NCBI RefSeq assembly: GCF_009834535.1
Contig: NC_045696.1
Span: 69,318,001-69,382,000, forward strand
DNA: 64,000 bases
From: Camelus ferus
Lineage: Eukaryota
Reading direction: 5' to 3'
The translations under genes were made by a program, and so were the position numbers. The stretch's first letter is position 1; the number at the start of each line of letters is the position of its first letter. Below are positions 36,848 through 50,034 of this stretch, one piece after another. Under the pieces are notes generated by a model. It ran no database searches, was not told the DNA's origin, and saw only the letters and a program-made list of their open reading frames with translations.

Positions 36848-39800
36848 AATCTCTCAAATTTAAGTACATGTTAAATGAGTGAAATCTTATCACATGGCCA
36901 AATTTTATATCCTACTCCAGAGGGACGTATTGTAAGTGCAGTCAGCTCTGAGGGCACACATACATGTTCTAAATTGGGGCCTTTGATGGCATTTACTCTT
37001 TAAAGGAATTATATGTTCTTTCTGCATTTTTATACTATCCATCTGGAACTGTTCCCTTAACCTCCTTTATATGTCCCTCAGTTGGGCTAAATTCCCTCTG
37101 ACTTTGGTAAGAGCTCCATTCACATGGAGGTGCATAAGAAACAGGAGTTCAGGACCTTGGCAGTCTGAAAATACACTTGTGGTTTGGAATAATTTTATTT
37201 TTCTATTTTTAATCCTCTTGCATGATTTGCATGGGACTTTCCTCCTCTAGGGTTCTTATTGCTTCTCAGCTGTGATCTGTTTTTCTTCCCAGCATCTCCT
37301 AGAGGTAGCCAATGGGAACTGCGGTACCACCCAGGACCAAGGAGAATCCTTCTTCACATAGTCTGCCCAAGACCCCTCAGAACTAAGAGCTCCTTGCTCA
37401 CCATCCCCAGGAAACCTTGGGGTCGTCTCTTCTTCCATCTCTACCCATCTCTCTTGTCATCCTGCACTGGGTTACTTTTTAACAACTTCCTCCTTGGGTA
37501 ACCAGTGTCACTTATGACTGCTGTCTGAGAACAGAGAGGATAATGGAAATATCCAACAATCAGCAGAGAAGGGACACGACAGTGCTGGAGCAAGGCCCTT
37601 CTGAGCCAAACATTCACCCTGCAGTTGCTGAAGTGGGCAGGAGTCTGTGGGTCCCAGTGGAGGAGCCAGGATGGGGTAGCGCTGGCAGCGCTCAGGATGG
37701 CTCAGGCAACAGTTGGTTTCCAAAGGGTACAAAAATATTTTCAATATTTTTAACAGCTGGGGCAGCTTTGCCCATGTCTGTTGGCTGAATATCAGCCCTG
37801 CCAAAGAATAAAGCCTGGAATTCTTAGAAGATACCCCTCAAGTGAGAACAAAGGTAAATTACTCAGTTGGTTTGCTGGGCATATGCAGATTGTAAGCAAA
37901 TTGAAAGGAGTCTTACATGTTTTCGCTTCAAAGAGGATCACAGCAGCCATTCTACTGTCTGTAGTTGGCCCCCAAAGTTATGTCATCTCTCCTTGTGTCT
38001 CCTTTAGCTGAGCTCAGGTTGTATCTGCTCCCTGTCTTTTCCTTCTCTTTGTTGGGAACATAAGTAGCCAGCTAGGCTTGGAATTAGACTTATGATACGA
38101 TACTTAAAACAGACCTGGATCTGTTACTTTGTACTCCATGCCCTTAGCACAGACCAAGGATAAAGACATACTGGAGAAACACACTTTGCTTTCAGAAACT
38201 TCATTTTTAGAGTTACAAATTATACGGAGACAGCTCTCAGGACAGCCATGTGCTCAGGTGTAGCACTACAGAAAGCCAGCTTAGCAGAGCCACAGAGATG
38301 TGACCCACCTGAGACCATGTTCTACTTGCGGGTTTTTTTGCAGCCACTTCCACCACTGACCAAGTACTGCCCAGGCACCAAGCCTTTAAGCAGCCCTTAA
38401 CTTTTCTGTGACCATCGGGACTTTCTCAAAAGGATTCCACAGAAGGATCATTTTGAACACTTAACTCATTCAATGAGTCTAACTACACCAATCACAATTA
38501 CCTTGCAAAGTTCTAAAAATGCAATAGGACATTGTTATTGTAAATTTCCAATGACTATACCACCAAACTGTTTGCATCAGTGTCTTCTGTTGGTCATGTA
38601 GCCTTGTCATTCCCTCAGGGTTTTTTAAAGTGAAATTTCAAATTTTACTTTTATTGTTAGTTGCCTGACATATGATATTCTTTTAGATTCTGAGTGAGAC
38701 TGTAATAATTCACTTGGGTGCTCATTATAACTATCTAAACATTTCATTGAGGTCAGGAGTGTAATTAACACAGAATGTCCAGCTAACGAATAGGACACTT
38801 AGGATTTCCTTTCTTTGCATAGAAAGCCAGAACCACCTCTGCAAGGGGAGGGTATCACCTTGGGAGCTGACTGCTCATTTTGTTAGGACCAGCCCTGAAG
38901 GACAGGCATGGGGAAAGTAAATCTGCAGAAAACCATTTTCACCAAGTGTAAATTTTAGACACGACAAACTGTACCTGCTCTGACAGTATGAGATTCCTCA
39001 GAACTCAACATAAAAGTTACTACTTTTTATGATCTGGTAGAATGTGAAAGACAATTTGTTTGGCTATTGGCTTCCTGAGATCAAGAGGGCAAACAGCCCT
39101 TCCTTCCACGATATTATCCTAAAAGCAACTTTAAATCAATGGATGGTTGAGCCCAAAAGCTTATTAGCTAATTTTTACATGAAATTGTTGAAATGATCAT
39201 TCTTGATCTCCTCTTGGGGCAATGAGATTCATCGCTTTAGGATCTATTATGTACGCTCTTTTAAGCTTCACTGGGTCTGCCTCTACGCTCTGGCATTTTG
39301 CAAACAAACATCAATGCATTCTCTTCAGGATGTTAATAATTTTATAGCTGATCATATTCCATATCAAGCCTTTTAATATCTAGATTGAGCCTCTTTTTTT
39401 TTAATCTGGCTTCCTGTAAATTTCCACCTGCTACTAAATCCTTCTGCCCAATTATATCTTCCTTAACATTCAACAACCAGGATTTGGCTCAGGGTTTCCT
39501 GGTCTGGAGGCCCCCATGGTCTTATAATAATGGGAGCATCTTTCTGATCCATATTCCATTTGGAGCTAATCCACATCCCATTAGGGGCAAGTGATGTTGT
39601 CCAGCTGCAAATTGAGTTGTTCCCAAGATCAAAGTTCTCATTAGCTCTCCAGCATTTCAGTTTGCCCATCTTTGACGTACAAGCTCTAAAAGTCTAGAGA
39701 TTTCTTACCTTTGGGGACTACAAAAGTCATTGTCCTTGTTCTTTCCTGGTCCTTTGACTCCCCATCACCTTGTAAATATAAATTTGCTTACCTAAAACAT

Positions 39801-40364
39801 CCAGCTTTATAAGATTACACAAGACTTTGTTACTATTGAACTGACACTCACAAATCAGAGATGCTTAATGTCAGTTTCATTCTTTTCCACGTGACACATA
39901 AAAATGTTAACTAAGGCCAATCCCTTACTTGGATCCCTGCTCCGTCTAGTTCATCACTCAGAAAAATGTCCTTGTTTTCATATCTTTTACTTATCTCTTA
40001 GGTATGTCCCTGGACATAATGGGGTGGGTACTGAGTTATCACTGATATGGGAAAATACTGTAATAAACTTTGTGCAGAAACTTGTTATCTGTAATGTCCA
40101 TGAATTCATTTTCTCTTGAATGCTCTTTACCACCCCTAAAATATGGTGTACAAGTCTCTCTTAATTTTAATTTATGAGAAATATCCTTTTATTCATTTAC
40201 CATCCATATATTATATTGCAGGTTTCAATAATTACATCGTTTAGTCTAGCACCTATTAACTTACCTGAATGTGAATGTAACCTTCAACCTTTAGTACTGT
40301 AGCACCAAACTTACAAATTTTTGCTTTTTTTTTTCCTTAAAGGAACGCACAGAGCACATGAGCC

Positions 40365-40515
40365 AAGTTTCTTACTTTACAGATGTGGAAACTGAGGCCC
40401 AGGATGCTGAAGTGACTTGATTAAAGCTGCATATTGAGTTGTTCCCAAGATCAAAGTTCTCATTAGCTCTCCAGCATTTCAGTTTGCTCATTTAGACATT
40501 CAGGTGCCTGTCATT
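40365..40515 (-). mobile_element. MIR fragment carrying a templated insertion
   Basis: 'ttttacagatgtggaaactgaggcccagg...aagtgacttg'. Confidence 0.65.
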
Positions 40516-40984
40516 TATAAGGAAGTATTCAAACATCCTGACTTGGCATTTCTGCCATGTTCCCTAGGGGCTAGCTGTCCCATGAGATGGGTCAGTTACT
40601 TGGTCATCTTCATTTTTAGTTCATCATATGGCTTCTTCCTGAACACTCTAGTATACACTTGACATGAATGATAAAATGATTCAGATTTTAGGCCTGAGAG
40701 GATGATATGCAACTTGTTTTTCTCTGCATTATATTATAGTTCTGATTGACATACGTTTCTCCTATACTAGATGATAAACATCTTAAGGGCAGTGGTCATT
40801 CATGGTTAGTATCTTGGATTATAGCAGGTACTTAAGGAACAATTGGATAACTCAATAATTAAAGGACTTACTGAGGATATATAGGTAAACACATTGTAAT
40901 TAACTATATGTGTTCTTAACTGTCCAGTAAACCTATGTTACAGGTCACTCAAAAGTGGTTTTGACAGTCAGCCAGAGGCATAAA

Positions 40985-41975
40985 AAGAAACTCTGATCCA
41001 TGCCTAGCATCAAATATGAAAAAAACAAAACAAAAAAACAACCTCAAAATGGATCATAGACTCAAATGTAAAACTATAAAACTTCTAGAAGAAATAGAAG
41101 AAAACATAGGAAGAAATCTTTGCAATCTGAGGTTAAATGAAACTTTCTCAGATCTAACACCAAAAGTAGGATTCATAAAAGACAACAATGATTAAATTGG
41201 ACCTTGTCAAAATTAAAACATCTACTCTTCAAAAGATACTATTAAGAGAACAAAAAGACAAGCCACAGAATGGAAGAAAATATTTGCAAAACACATATCT
41301 GATAAGGTCCTTGATTCCAGAACTCTCCAAACAATAATAAGAAAGCAAACAAACCAATTTTTTAAATTGGCAAAAGATATTAGCAGACTTTTCTGGAAAG
41401 AAGATATGTGGATAGGAGGTAAGTACATACACGAAAGCATGCTCAACACCTTTAAGAATGAGGGAAATACAAATGAAATGTGTTCGAATAACCACAAGCT
41501 TGGTGTGTAAGTCTATCAGAATGGCTAAAAACCCACCACCAATAAATGCTGGCAAAGATGTCGAGCAACTGTATCCGTCATACATTCCTGATGGGAACAC
41601 AAAATGGTAAGCCACATTTGAAAAGTGTTTGATAGTCTTTAAAATAAAGTTAGACATATACTAACCATATGATCCAGCAATCCACTCTTGAATATCAAAA
41701 AAAAAAAGAAAAAGAAAAAGAAAGAAAAGAAAACCGACGTTCACACAATGATCTGTACTAGAATATTTATAGTAGCTTTACTCATAATTGCCAAAAAGCT
41801 GAAACAATGTTCTTCAACCAGTGAATGGATAGAAAACTGGGGTACATCCATACAACATAGTACCAATCAGCATAAAAAGTATTGACACACACAACAAATT
41901 GTGTATATTTGTTAAAATTCACAGAACTGTACAGTGAAAAGGTGAATTTCATCTCAGTAAACTTGACTTTAAAAA
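40985..41975 (+). mobile_element. L1 ORF2 C-terminus / 3'UTR fragment
   Basis: 'ctcaaaatggatcatagac...aaacttctagaag...caagccacagaatggaagaaaatatttgcaaaacacatatctgataagg...ccatatgatccagcaat'. Confidence 0.9.
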
Positions 41976-44464
41976 CAGTGTATTTGGTTTTTTCCCTTTG
42001 TTTTTAGGTTCCTCAGTTTTGAGACACTCATTTAGGTGTTATTAAACAGGAACACCACCCCCCTCCACACCCCAGCTGACTGCCTGTCTTCAGACTTTGG
42101 CAAGACTTCATCAGACTCATGATTATTCAAATACCTGTTAAATAATACAGAAATCATTTATCATTTGGATAAGGCCAAGTAGACTAGTCTTTACTAGGAA
42201 TATATATTTTTTAAACATGTATATTTTGGGGGGTACAAGACCCTGAAACAATTCATATCACACATCATGCTTAGCTTACAAAGACAAATCAGTTGACCTG
42301 ATTATCTGGTACTGGTTATGAACAAAACCCAGCAAAGATACAGATATCCCATACTTAACAAGGTTTTTTTTTACTATAATATGAATTTATGTTAATATAA
42401 GGTAGGAAAATAATATAAGCAACATTAAAGATGTTAATAATGTTTATGTCAAAGCGATGGAATTATAAATGGTTTTTCTTAATTCATAAAAATTTTAAAT
42501 ATTCATGAAAGAAGAGAAAAGTGCATGGTGACCTGCTAAATGGCAACAGTTCTTGTTTTGGTGCTTTGATTACTTTTAATTTCTAAAAGCAAAAATGTTC
42601 TTATCTGTTTCCCAAAAGAATGCACGTTGGTCATAGAAAATATTTGAAAATACTGAAAAGCACATGTGGACACACAGACACAAATAAATAAATCTCATCA
42701 CTTTTAACATTTGTCGCACCAAGTTCCACCCTATTTCTAGATGCATAGTATACAAATATTTTCCACATGCTTTTACAAACATGGACTCATCTTACTTCAC
42801 AACAAGCTCTTTTCCACTTGCTGATATTTCCTTACCCCAGGTTCCTCCTGGTCTGCCCCCACTGAAATGGGCTGGCCGCAGGAGACTCGTGCTGCTGCTG
42901 CAGCCTGATTTGATAAGGGCCCTGCACACTAAGCAGACTGTCTTCTTCCGGCCAAAGTTTTCTAGGCTAATTCAGGAGAGATGTATAATTGAGATAATGC
43001 TGACGCCCGCCTCCGTGTCTTCCCGAGTGTCTTTAAACTCCCCCAGAGGCGTGTCTGTGTGCATGGGGTTGGCAAGGGATGAGGCGCTTTCCTCAGTGCA
43101 GTCCCTGACTTACCCTGAGCACTACCACTGTGTTTGAGGCAGAAACGCAGCAGCTGTAAGGCTTAGGGCATTTGGGAGCCATCTGAGGAAGCTTCCTTCA
43201 TCAAGTGCTCTGAAGGCTGTTCTCAGCTAAACCCAGAACTTGCTTCTGGGGCCCTTGGGCCATGTGTTTGGCTCAGCTGACTGTAGGTCAAAGGGAACTA
43301 TTCATAAAGCTGACCCCACCCCCCAGCACCCACCCCCCAATCCAAGGCTAACCCAGGCCACAGGGCTCCTTCGTCCTCAGAGCTGGATTGGGCAGTGACT
43401 ATGGAAATCACCCAGCATCACACACCTGCCTTTTGGGGGGCCTGACCTCTCCTCTCTGAGATGTCTGCCCAGCATTGTAGCCCAGGAGAGTAACTGCTTG
43501 GGTTACTCTGCTTGGGTAGGTACATGATCAGACAGTCCTTTAAGTAGGACATGATCTGAGCTATGCTTTAACTTAGCAACTGTGTGCAGGATTCATTGGA
43601 GCCAAGAGGGCTTCCAGGAAGGGGCCCTTTCGGCAGCCATGGGAATGGCCCAGTTATAGAGTCACCCAGTGGAGGACTAAGGGGGAAGGGAAGGGCCCTC
43701 TGGGAGAGATTTCCTTTTCTTTATTCTGTTTGTATTATTCAAAATGGAATACATGTTCCCTGAAAAAAATCTAGAAAATCTATGAAAGCAAAAATGGAAA
43801 AGGAAAATCACTCATACCTTCACCACTCGGACATGAGCTTGTTAATAGGTGTGGGGTCTTCTGATCATCTTCCTGTGCATGCGAGGAAGGGGATCACATT
43901 GTGCACACTCAGTGTAACATACCAGGGGAGACCCTGTGTGTACTTACTCAATCATAGGGAGAGCATCCTTCTCTGTCATTAAATGTTCCAACTTGCTGAG
44001 GTTGAACAAAATGGACAAGAGATGCCTTCAGCTCTTCCAAATCTCTCTCCTTCTCTACTCTGTCTGTCTGGCTCCTCCTCTCCAGGGCTCCACAGTCAGG
44101 CAGCTGTCAACTCATCTCTGATAAAGTGCTACCCTGCCTGGAGCTGTTTGCCTTTTACCAAAAACTCTTAAAAGCAGAATAATCTCTACAAACCCCAAAT
44201 TAGTCACCAATGGCAGGATACTTAGGCAGGAGATGTTTGGGGTTTCTCAGAACTGTCTACTGTGTCAACTCTCTGGTTGAAAAAAAAATCTGAAGATAAT
44301 GGTAACATCTTATGCCTTTGGTGATATTGATGTAGAGATGTCTAAATTTATCCGAGAGCCTGACAGTATAGTGTAAGCTATTCCACTGATGCATCAAGAT
44401 TTGCTGATTATGGAGGAAAAGCACTGCGGTGAGGGGTGGGGACTCACCCACAGCTTGAGGTAAC

Positions 44465-44680
44465 AGTAACAACATGGGATTCAAAGTCACACAGCCGTGG
44501 GTTCCGTAAATTTCTAGCTGTGTGACCCAGGGCAAGTTATTAGCAACTGGGTGTCCATTTCCTCACCTATAAAGGGAGATAGCAACACCTCCCTCATGGG
44601 GTTGTTATAAGAATTAATATGGGGTAATATATGTAATGTGTTTAGCTGGCACTGAGTACTCAATGGTTGATGGTAATTAT
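44465..44680 (+). mobile_element. MIR SINE
   Basis: 'tagctgtgtgacccagggcaagtta...tttcctcacctataaaggga'. Confidence 0.75.
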
Positions 44681-44834
44681 AAAACAAGAAAAATAACAAC
44701 ACATAATTTCAAAAGAATTTGGCCAGCAAAGAATTATATAGAGACTCAAGACAATTTGATGTATGAATATCTGAACTTGCATAACAAAGGAAATCCTGCT
44801 TGTTTATATCAGAGAATAACTTGCTTTGCAAAGA

Positions 44835-46350
44835 CTCAGTCAGTCAGCAAGTATTTATTGGGTGTCTATTATGTGCCAGGCATAGTACCAGGTCTTGGGG
44901 ACACAGAGGTGAATAAGGCAGTCTTTGCCCTCAGACTCCTTCCATGTTGATGGGGAAGACAGATGATTAGTTCAAACTTTCTTACTTTCAGCTAGAGCGA
45001 TACTGACATAGGCATGGACATGGTGACAGGTACTCTGAAGAAGATAAAATCGGATCGCCTGGTAGGGAATAACTGATGCCGGCATGCTACAGCTACAGTG
45101 ACCTCTGCGAAGGGGATGTGTTTGCCGAGACATAAATGATGAGGAAGCAGTCGTGCGAAGACCTGGGAAGAGGACAAACCAGCAAGAACTCCGATTACAA
45201 AGATGCTGTGACAGAGCCAAGTACAAGCAGGAAAAAAAACATGGGCCTAGAATGGTGTGAACAAGGCAGGAGATAAAGGAAGACATGATGGGAGAAGGAG
45301 GCAGGAGCCAGGTCATTCAGGAAAGGGAAGACAAACCTTTTTTTAAAAGGGTCGTAGAGTAACTGTTTTAAGCTTTATGGGCCACACAATCTTTGCAGCA
45401 ACATGCCAACGCTGCCCTTGGAGCAGCAAAACAGCCATAGATAATTCATAGATGAATGGGTCTGAGTGTGTTCCAATAAAATTCTATTGACAAAAAGAGG
45501 CGGGAGGTGGAGGTGGTTATTTGGCCCAAGGGCAACAGTGTGTCAACTCCTGATTTGGACTCTTGAAGGCCTAGATGAAGAACCTGGGCTTTATTCTTTT
45601 TATATGTTTCAAGCAGGGTAGGGATAGATCTGATTGACACTTTCAAAGGCTTCCTCTTTTCTTTGGAGGATGGACTGGGGAGGGAAGTATGGAAGCAGGG
45701 ACCTGGGAAAGAGGCTGCTGAGGTCGTCCAGGGAGAGGTGAAGGTAGTGCCAAATCACCACAGCAGAGGTATTGAGAGAAGTGGTCAGATTCTGAGTAGA
45801 TATTGGATTAGAAACAAAAAGATTTTGAATTAACTGAATTGGCAGGTAAAGGAAAGAGAGGAACCAAGGATGATTTCTGGGTTTTTGGCTTCAACAATTG
45901 GTTCGATGGTGCTACATGTACTGAGATGGGGAACCTTAGGAGAGAAGCACATTTCAAACGGAAAAAAAGGCATAGTTCAATTTTGCACGTGTTAAGTTGG
46001 AGATGCCTATCAGGTATGCAGATGGGATATCAAGCAGGCAGTGGTGTTTGCACACCTAGAACTCCCAGAAAGATCCAGCTATAGATAGAAATGTGGGAGT
46101 CATCAGAGCCCAGGGATGGGCATCTTCCAGATTACCTAGGAAGAGGGAAATGAAGACAACAGGGCCCAAGGAGGACCAGGGGATCATCCAGTACCTCGAG
46201 GTCTGGCAGAGGCAAGGAGGGCAACAGAGGACACTGAGAAGGCACAGCCAGAGACCCGGGCCAGAAGCCACGTGAATGTGGGGGTGAAGGAATCTGACCC
46301 ATTTCAAGAAGGAGGCTGCGGATGACTGCATCCAATTCTACCTAGTGATT
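44835..46350 (-). mobile_element. L2 fragment, interrupted by MER58A
   Basis: 'caagtatttattgggtgtctattatgtgccaggc...ggaagagaggaaccaaggatgatttctgggtttttggct...tactgagatggggaa'. Confidence 0.75.
45325..45553. mobile_element. MER58A hAT MITE
   Basis: 'caaaccttttttaaaaggg...gctttatgggccaca...cagccatagataat...gtgttccaataaaa...gtgtcaactcctg'. Confidence 0.8.
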
Positions 46351-48042
46351 CAATTAAAAGGTTTCTCTAGAGGGTTCACTAGAGGCGTCCTATAACTTTT
46401 GAGCTGTCCAGGATGTTTAAATATGATTCAACCTACACAAATACAAAAAATTCAATTTACCCACAACTTCTTGGTAACAAATCAACTCAACACATATTGA
46501 GTTACTACCATGACTCACTTATTTGCTTAGAAATCACTGGAACAAAAGCAATTTGGCAAAGTGTCTTAAATTAAGCAGTCCACACTTACAGAAGGGGAAA
46601 AGTCAGACAATTTTTCCTTACTTCCAGAAAGGCAGAAGTGGGGAGGGGGGGAAACAGGAGAAGCCAGTTTTTGATTATCTGCGCCAATCAGAAACAGGGT
46701 AGGGATGAAAAAACCCATCAGCAATTCACAAAATACACAGGTGATCTCTTCTTAGGTGATGCTTTTCATCTCTCCCACCATTTAGGTTTTTAATTAGAGA
46801 TGATGAGAAGAAAGCTGCCTTAATCTGAGCTGTTTCTCCTTTCTCCCTTACGGTTTTTTGTTTTGTTTTGTTTTTGTTTTTTTAGGAAGGGATGATAATA
46901 GGAAAGCTTCTAGATGGTCAACAGTCTGCTTCTCAAGAACAGCAGGAGGTGAGGTCTCCCACTGCTCCTGCCCTGCTGGCCGGCCAGGCACCACTGGGCG
47001 GGCACCTGGCCCTGCTGGGGCTGCTATCCACATTTCCTGATTTGCATTCAAAAGACTGCTCTTTCTGACCCAATTTGGCCATAGGCACTGGCTTCACTGC
47101 CTCGTGTTATGTCTCAGCTTCCCTTTCTCATCTCACTTCCCTCCCTTCCCTCACTCCAATGCTCCTTCCTGGCCTGTGAAAAGCAATTAGGTCTCCGGTG
47201 GCCAGTAGATGCGTGGAGAAGGGAGTACCTGCTCTATGAAAAGAATTACAAAGCTTTCTCCAGCTTGTGTCTCAAACTGTGAGCCCTGCAAGGCCCCCAG
47301 GGCTTAATGAGCTAAAAATAGCTGGAGACCCGTAAATGAACTGGAACGGTTTCTGCAGCTCTCATGGTTCTTCACAGGCAGGCGTGGGGACACGGGGAGC
47401 GCTGTTTATTTCTCCTGCCTAGTGGAGACTAGCGCCCCTGTCCCCTGCTCCTTGTGGATTAATGATGGCATTTCTACCCTCCAGCTTTCGGGTCTCCCAT
47501 GAAGGTACAACTTGTCCTGTTCTGGGACACCACTTGGCATTCCTCCTGGAGGAAGTGGATTTTGAGTTGCATTTCAGTAGAAATGGAATGTCACACTGAT
47601 GCACTCTAAATTAGCCATCTTCCCTGGCTGTCAAGGTAAGTCCCATTGCCCGCAGCTCAGACTATTCTCCCCGAGGGCCCTGCTGGCCTGACATGTGCAC
47701 CCAGGAGACAGGGTATCTATCCATCTATCTTCTAATATTTTTGGAATGCCTGCTAGGTGTGCTATACTACGTAAAATACTGTTGGGTACTCAGCCCGATG
47801 CTTGGAATTCACAGATGAATAAACGCGGTTTATTTGTAACTCCTCATTTGCCCTGGGAGATCATGGAGCATGGGGAGAGTTCTTGGGGTCTTTCAGGACA
47901 GCCCAAGAGTAGGCAAGGACAAGAGCACAGTGGGGGGGGGGCAGCCTAGGCCATCTCCGGGAGCTAGGGGTAGGGAGGGTATTTTCCTTGGGATCCAAAG
48001 CCCCAAAGGATGGCCTTGGCTGCTTGTCTTATGCTGTCTTTT

Positions 48043-48283
48043 TTAAGATTTAAAAAAATTTATTATTTTTGTATTAAAGTACAGTTACAATGTGTCAATT
48101 TCTGGTATACAGCACAATATCCCAGTCATGCTTATACACACACATATTCATTTTCATACTCTCCTACATTAAAGGTTATTACAACATACTGAATATAGCT
48201 CCCTGCACTATACAGAAGAAACCTGTCCTTTTTAAAGAGAAAAAAAATCTATTTTAATATACAGTGGCTAACACCCACAAATC
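48043..48283 (-). mobile_element. 5'-truncated lineage-specific L1 3' end with TSD
   Basis: 'aagtacagttacaatgtgtcaatttctggtatacagcacaatatcccagtcatg...aaggttattacaa'. TSD tcttatgctgtctttt (48027-48042) / tcttatgctatatttt (48284-48299). Confidence 0.8.
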
Positions 48284-48334
48284 TCTTATGCTATATTTTG
48301 ATACCCAGTAGGCACTCAACAAATGGCAAGAGAG

Positions 48335-48520
48335 TATAGCGATTAAAAGTGTCAGTTTTTAGAGGCAGACCTAGGTTCACACCCTGTCTTAGGCCTCTTA
48401 GAGGTGACAACCTCTCTAGGCCTGTTTCTTTATCTGTAAAATAGGGTTAATGTGAGGTTTGAATGAAACTAACTCCACTGTCTTCCTGCCTGGCATAAAG
48501 TGAATAAACAATAAATAGTA
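48335..48520 (+). mobile_element. MIR SINE
   Basis: 'cagacctaggttc...cctgtttctttatctgtaaaataggg'. Confidence 0.65.
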
Positions 48521-48521
48521 T

Positions 48522-49083
48522 TGTTTTAAAATAGATTGTATTTCTAGAAAAATTCAGGTATGGTAAGGCCAACAGACCAGGAGATAACTGCCACTGAAAA
48601 GATAGCTTATTACTCACAGTTTCCAGGAGGAGAGGGTCTGCTCTGCAGTGCGGGCCACCCAGAGAAGCACCAGGGCCAGTCAGGAGGCAGAGGGATTGAG
48701 GAGAAAGTGTGAACAAGAGTCTCTATCATGGTTTCCACATGAAGGAACAGGCAAGGCAGGATAAACAGATTTAGGATTGGTAAGTCTGAGTAATTTCAGT
48801 GCTCTGGGGTATAGGGGCTGTCCCTAGTTGTCTGATACCTGGCCCTGGAGTGATTAGGGCAGGTGGATAGAAATAGCCTAGAATATGGGAGCCAGGTAAG
48901 TTGGTTGGGAGTGTGAGTACTGAATGGTTGATTAGCATTTGAAAGGCACACTCACAGGCAAGTTGTTCATTCTCTTTAGGAATTGACTGACTCTTAGTGG
49001 GTGAGGGTGGGCATTGACCAGGGTGACAAGGCCCCAGATGTCAAAGTATCCAAATACAGAAAATAAAAGACATGGTTAATACA
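48522..49083 (-). mobile_element. MER74-like ERVL solo LTR
   Basis: Antisense ends 'tgttttaaaa...ttcaggtatggtaaggccaacaga' and 'ggccccagatgtcaaag...aaataaaagacatggttaataca'. Confidence 0.8.
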
Positions 49084-49724
49084 GATACATAGCAGTCTTC
49101 TATACATAGGTAGATAATAAGAAGTTTAGTCCACAAAATGGGGAAAGTCATGTAACTCCTTTTCTAAATTAAATGAAATTTGACTTGGAGACTTGATTCT
49201 GATGGGTTACAGTAATTCACTCTGTTTCTGTTGGAGTTCTCCCCTCACTGCCCAAACCCCACCTCTGGAGTGTACAGCAAAAGCCCCTGGATTCTTCAGC
49301 AGAGCAAAAAATTCTGAGAGGCTTCCCTGGCCCTCAGACCACGCTGGTTCCTGCTGAGATGGCCACTGACCAGGCCCTTTGGGTTCTTGGGCCCAGGAAG
49401 TCCAATGGGGCTGCCACTTTCATGCCATGTGGGCACGAGGATCACTACAGAGACAGGGAACTTCCCAGGAATACCATACAGTCAGTCCTCCAAGGCCAGG
49501 AGATGTGGCAACTGACCAATAGAAGCACCCCAGATGCAGAACTTAGATGTAGGTATCAGCTCAACTCCACACATGGCCTGGTCCTGCCTTTTCTGGCTTC
49601 CTCTTCCTCAACAGCTCCCATAGCCACTCCTCATTCTAGGGATCCCCAATCTCTTTAGCCTTTCTTACTGTTCTCTTTGCCCAGAACTCACTTTTCTCTT
49701 TTCTTTGCCACTTAATCTGAATTC

Positions 49725-49955
49725 ACATTTAGCTAACATTTATGGTGTCCCTGCTGAGCTGGAGAACCAGTGACTCACTTTATCTGCATTATCTCTATTG
49801 ATTTTCACAATAATCCTATAACATACATATTCTTATTGATACCCATTTTACAGATGAAGAAAATAAGGCTCAGAAAGGTTAAGTGATTTGATTTACAGTC
49901 ACTCTGATAGCAAATTCCAGCTTTATCTGACTGGAAAGCTATCACTCTGAACAAG
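49725..49955 (-). mobile_element. MIR SINE
   Basis: 'cccattttacagatgaagaaaataaggctcagaaaggttaagtgatttg'. Confidence 0.75.
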
Positions 49956-50034
49956 CATGCCAGATGGCCTCATGCCAGTGTCACCTCCTCCAAGAAGCCT
50001 TCCCAGATCTCTCCCTCAACTTTCAATTGAGTCT

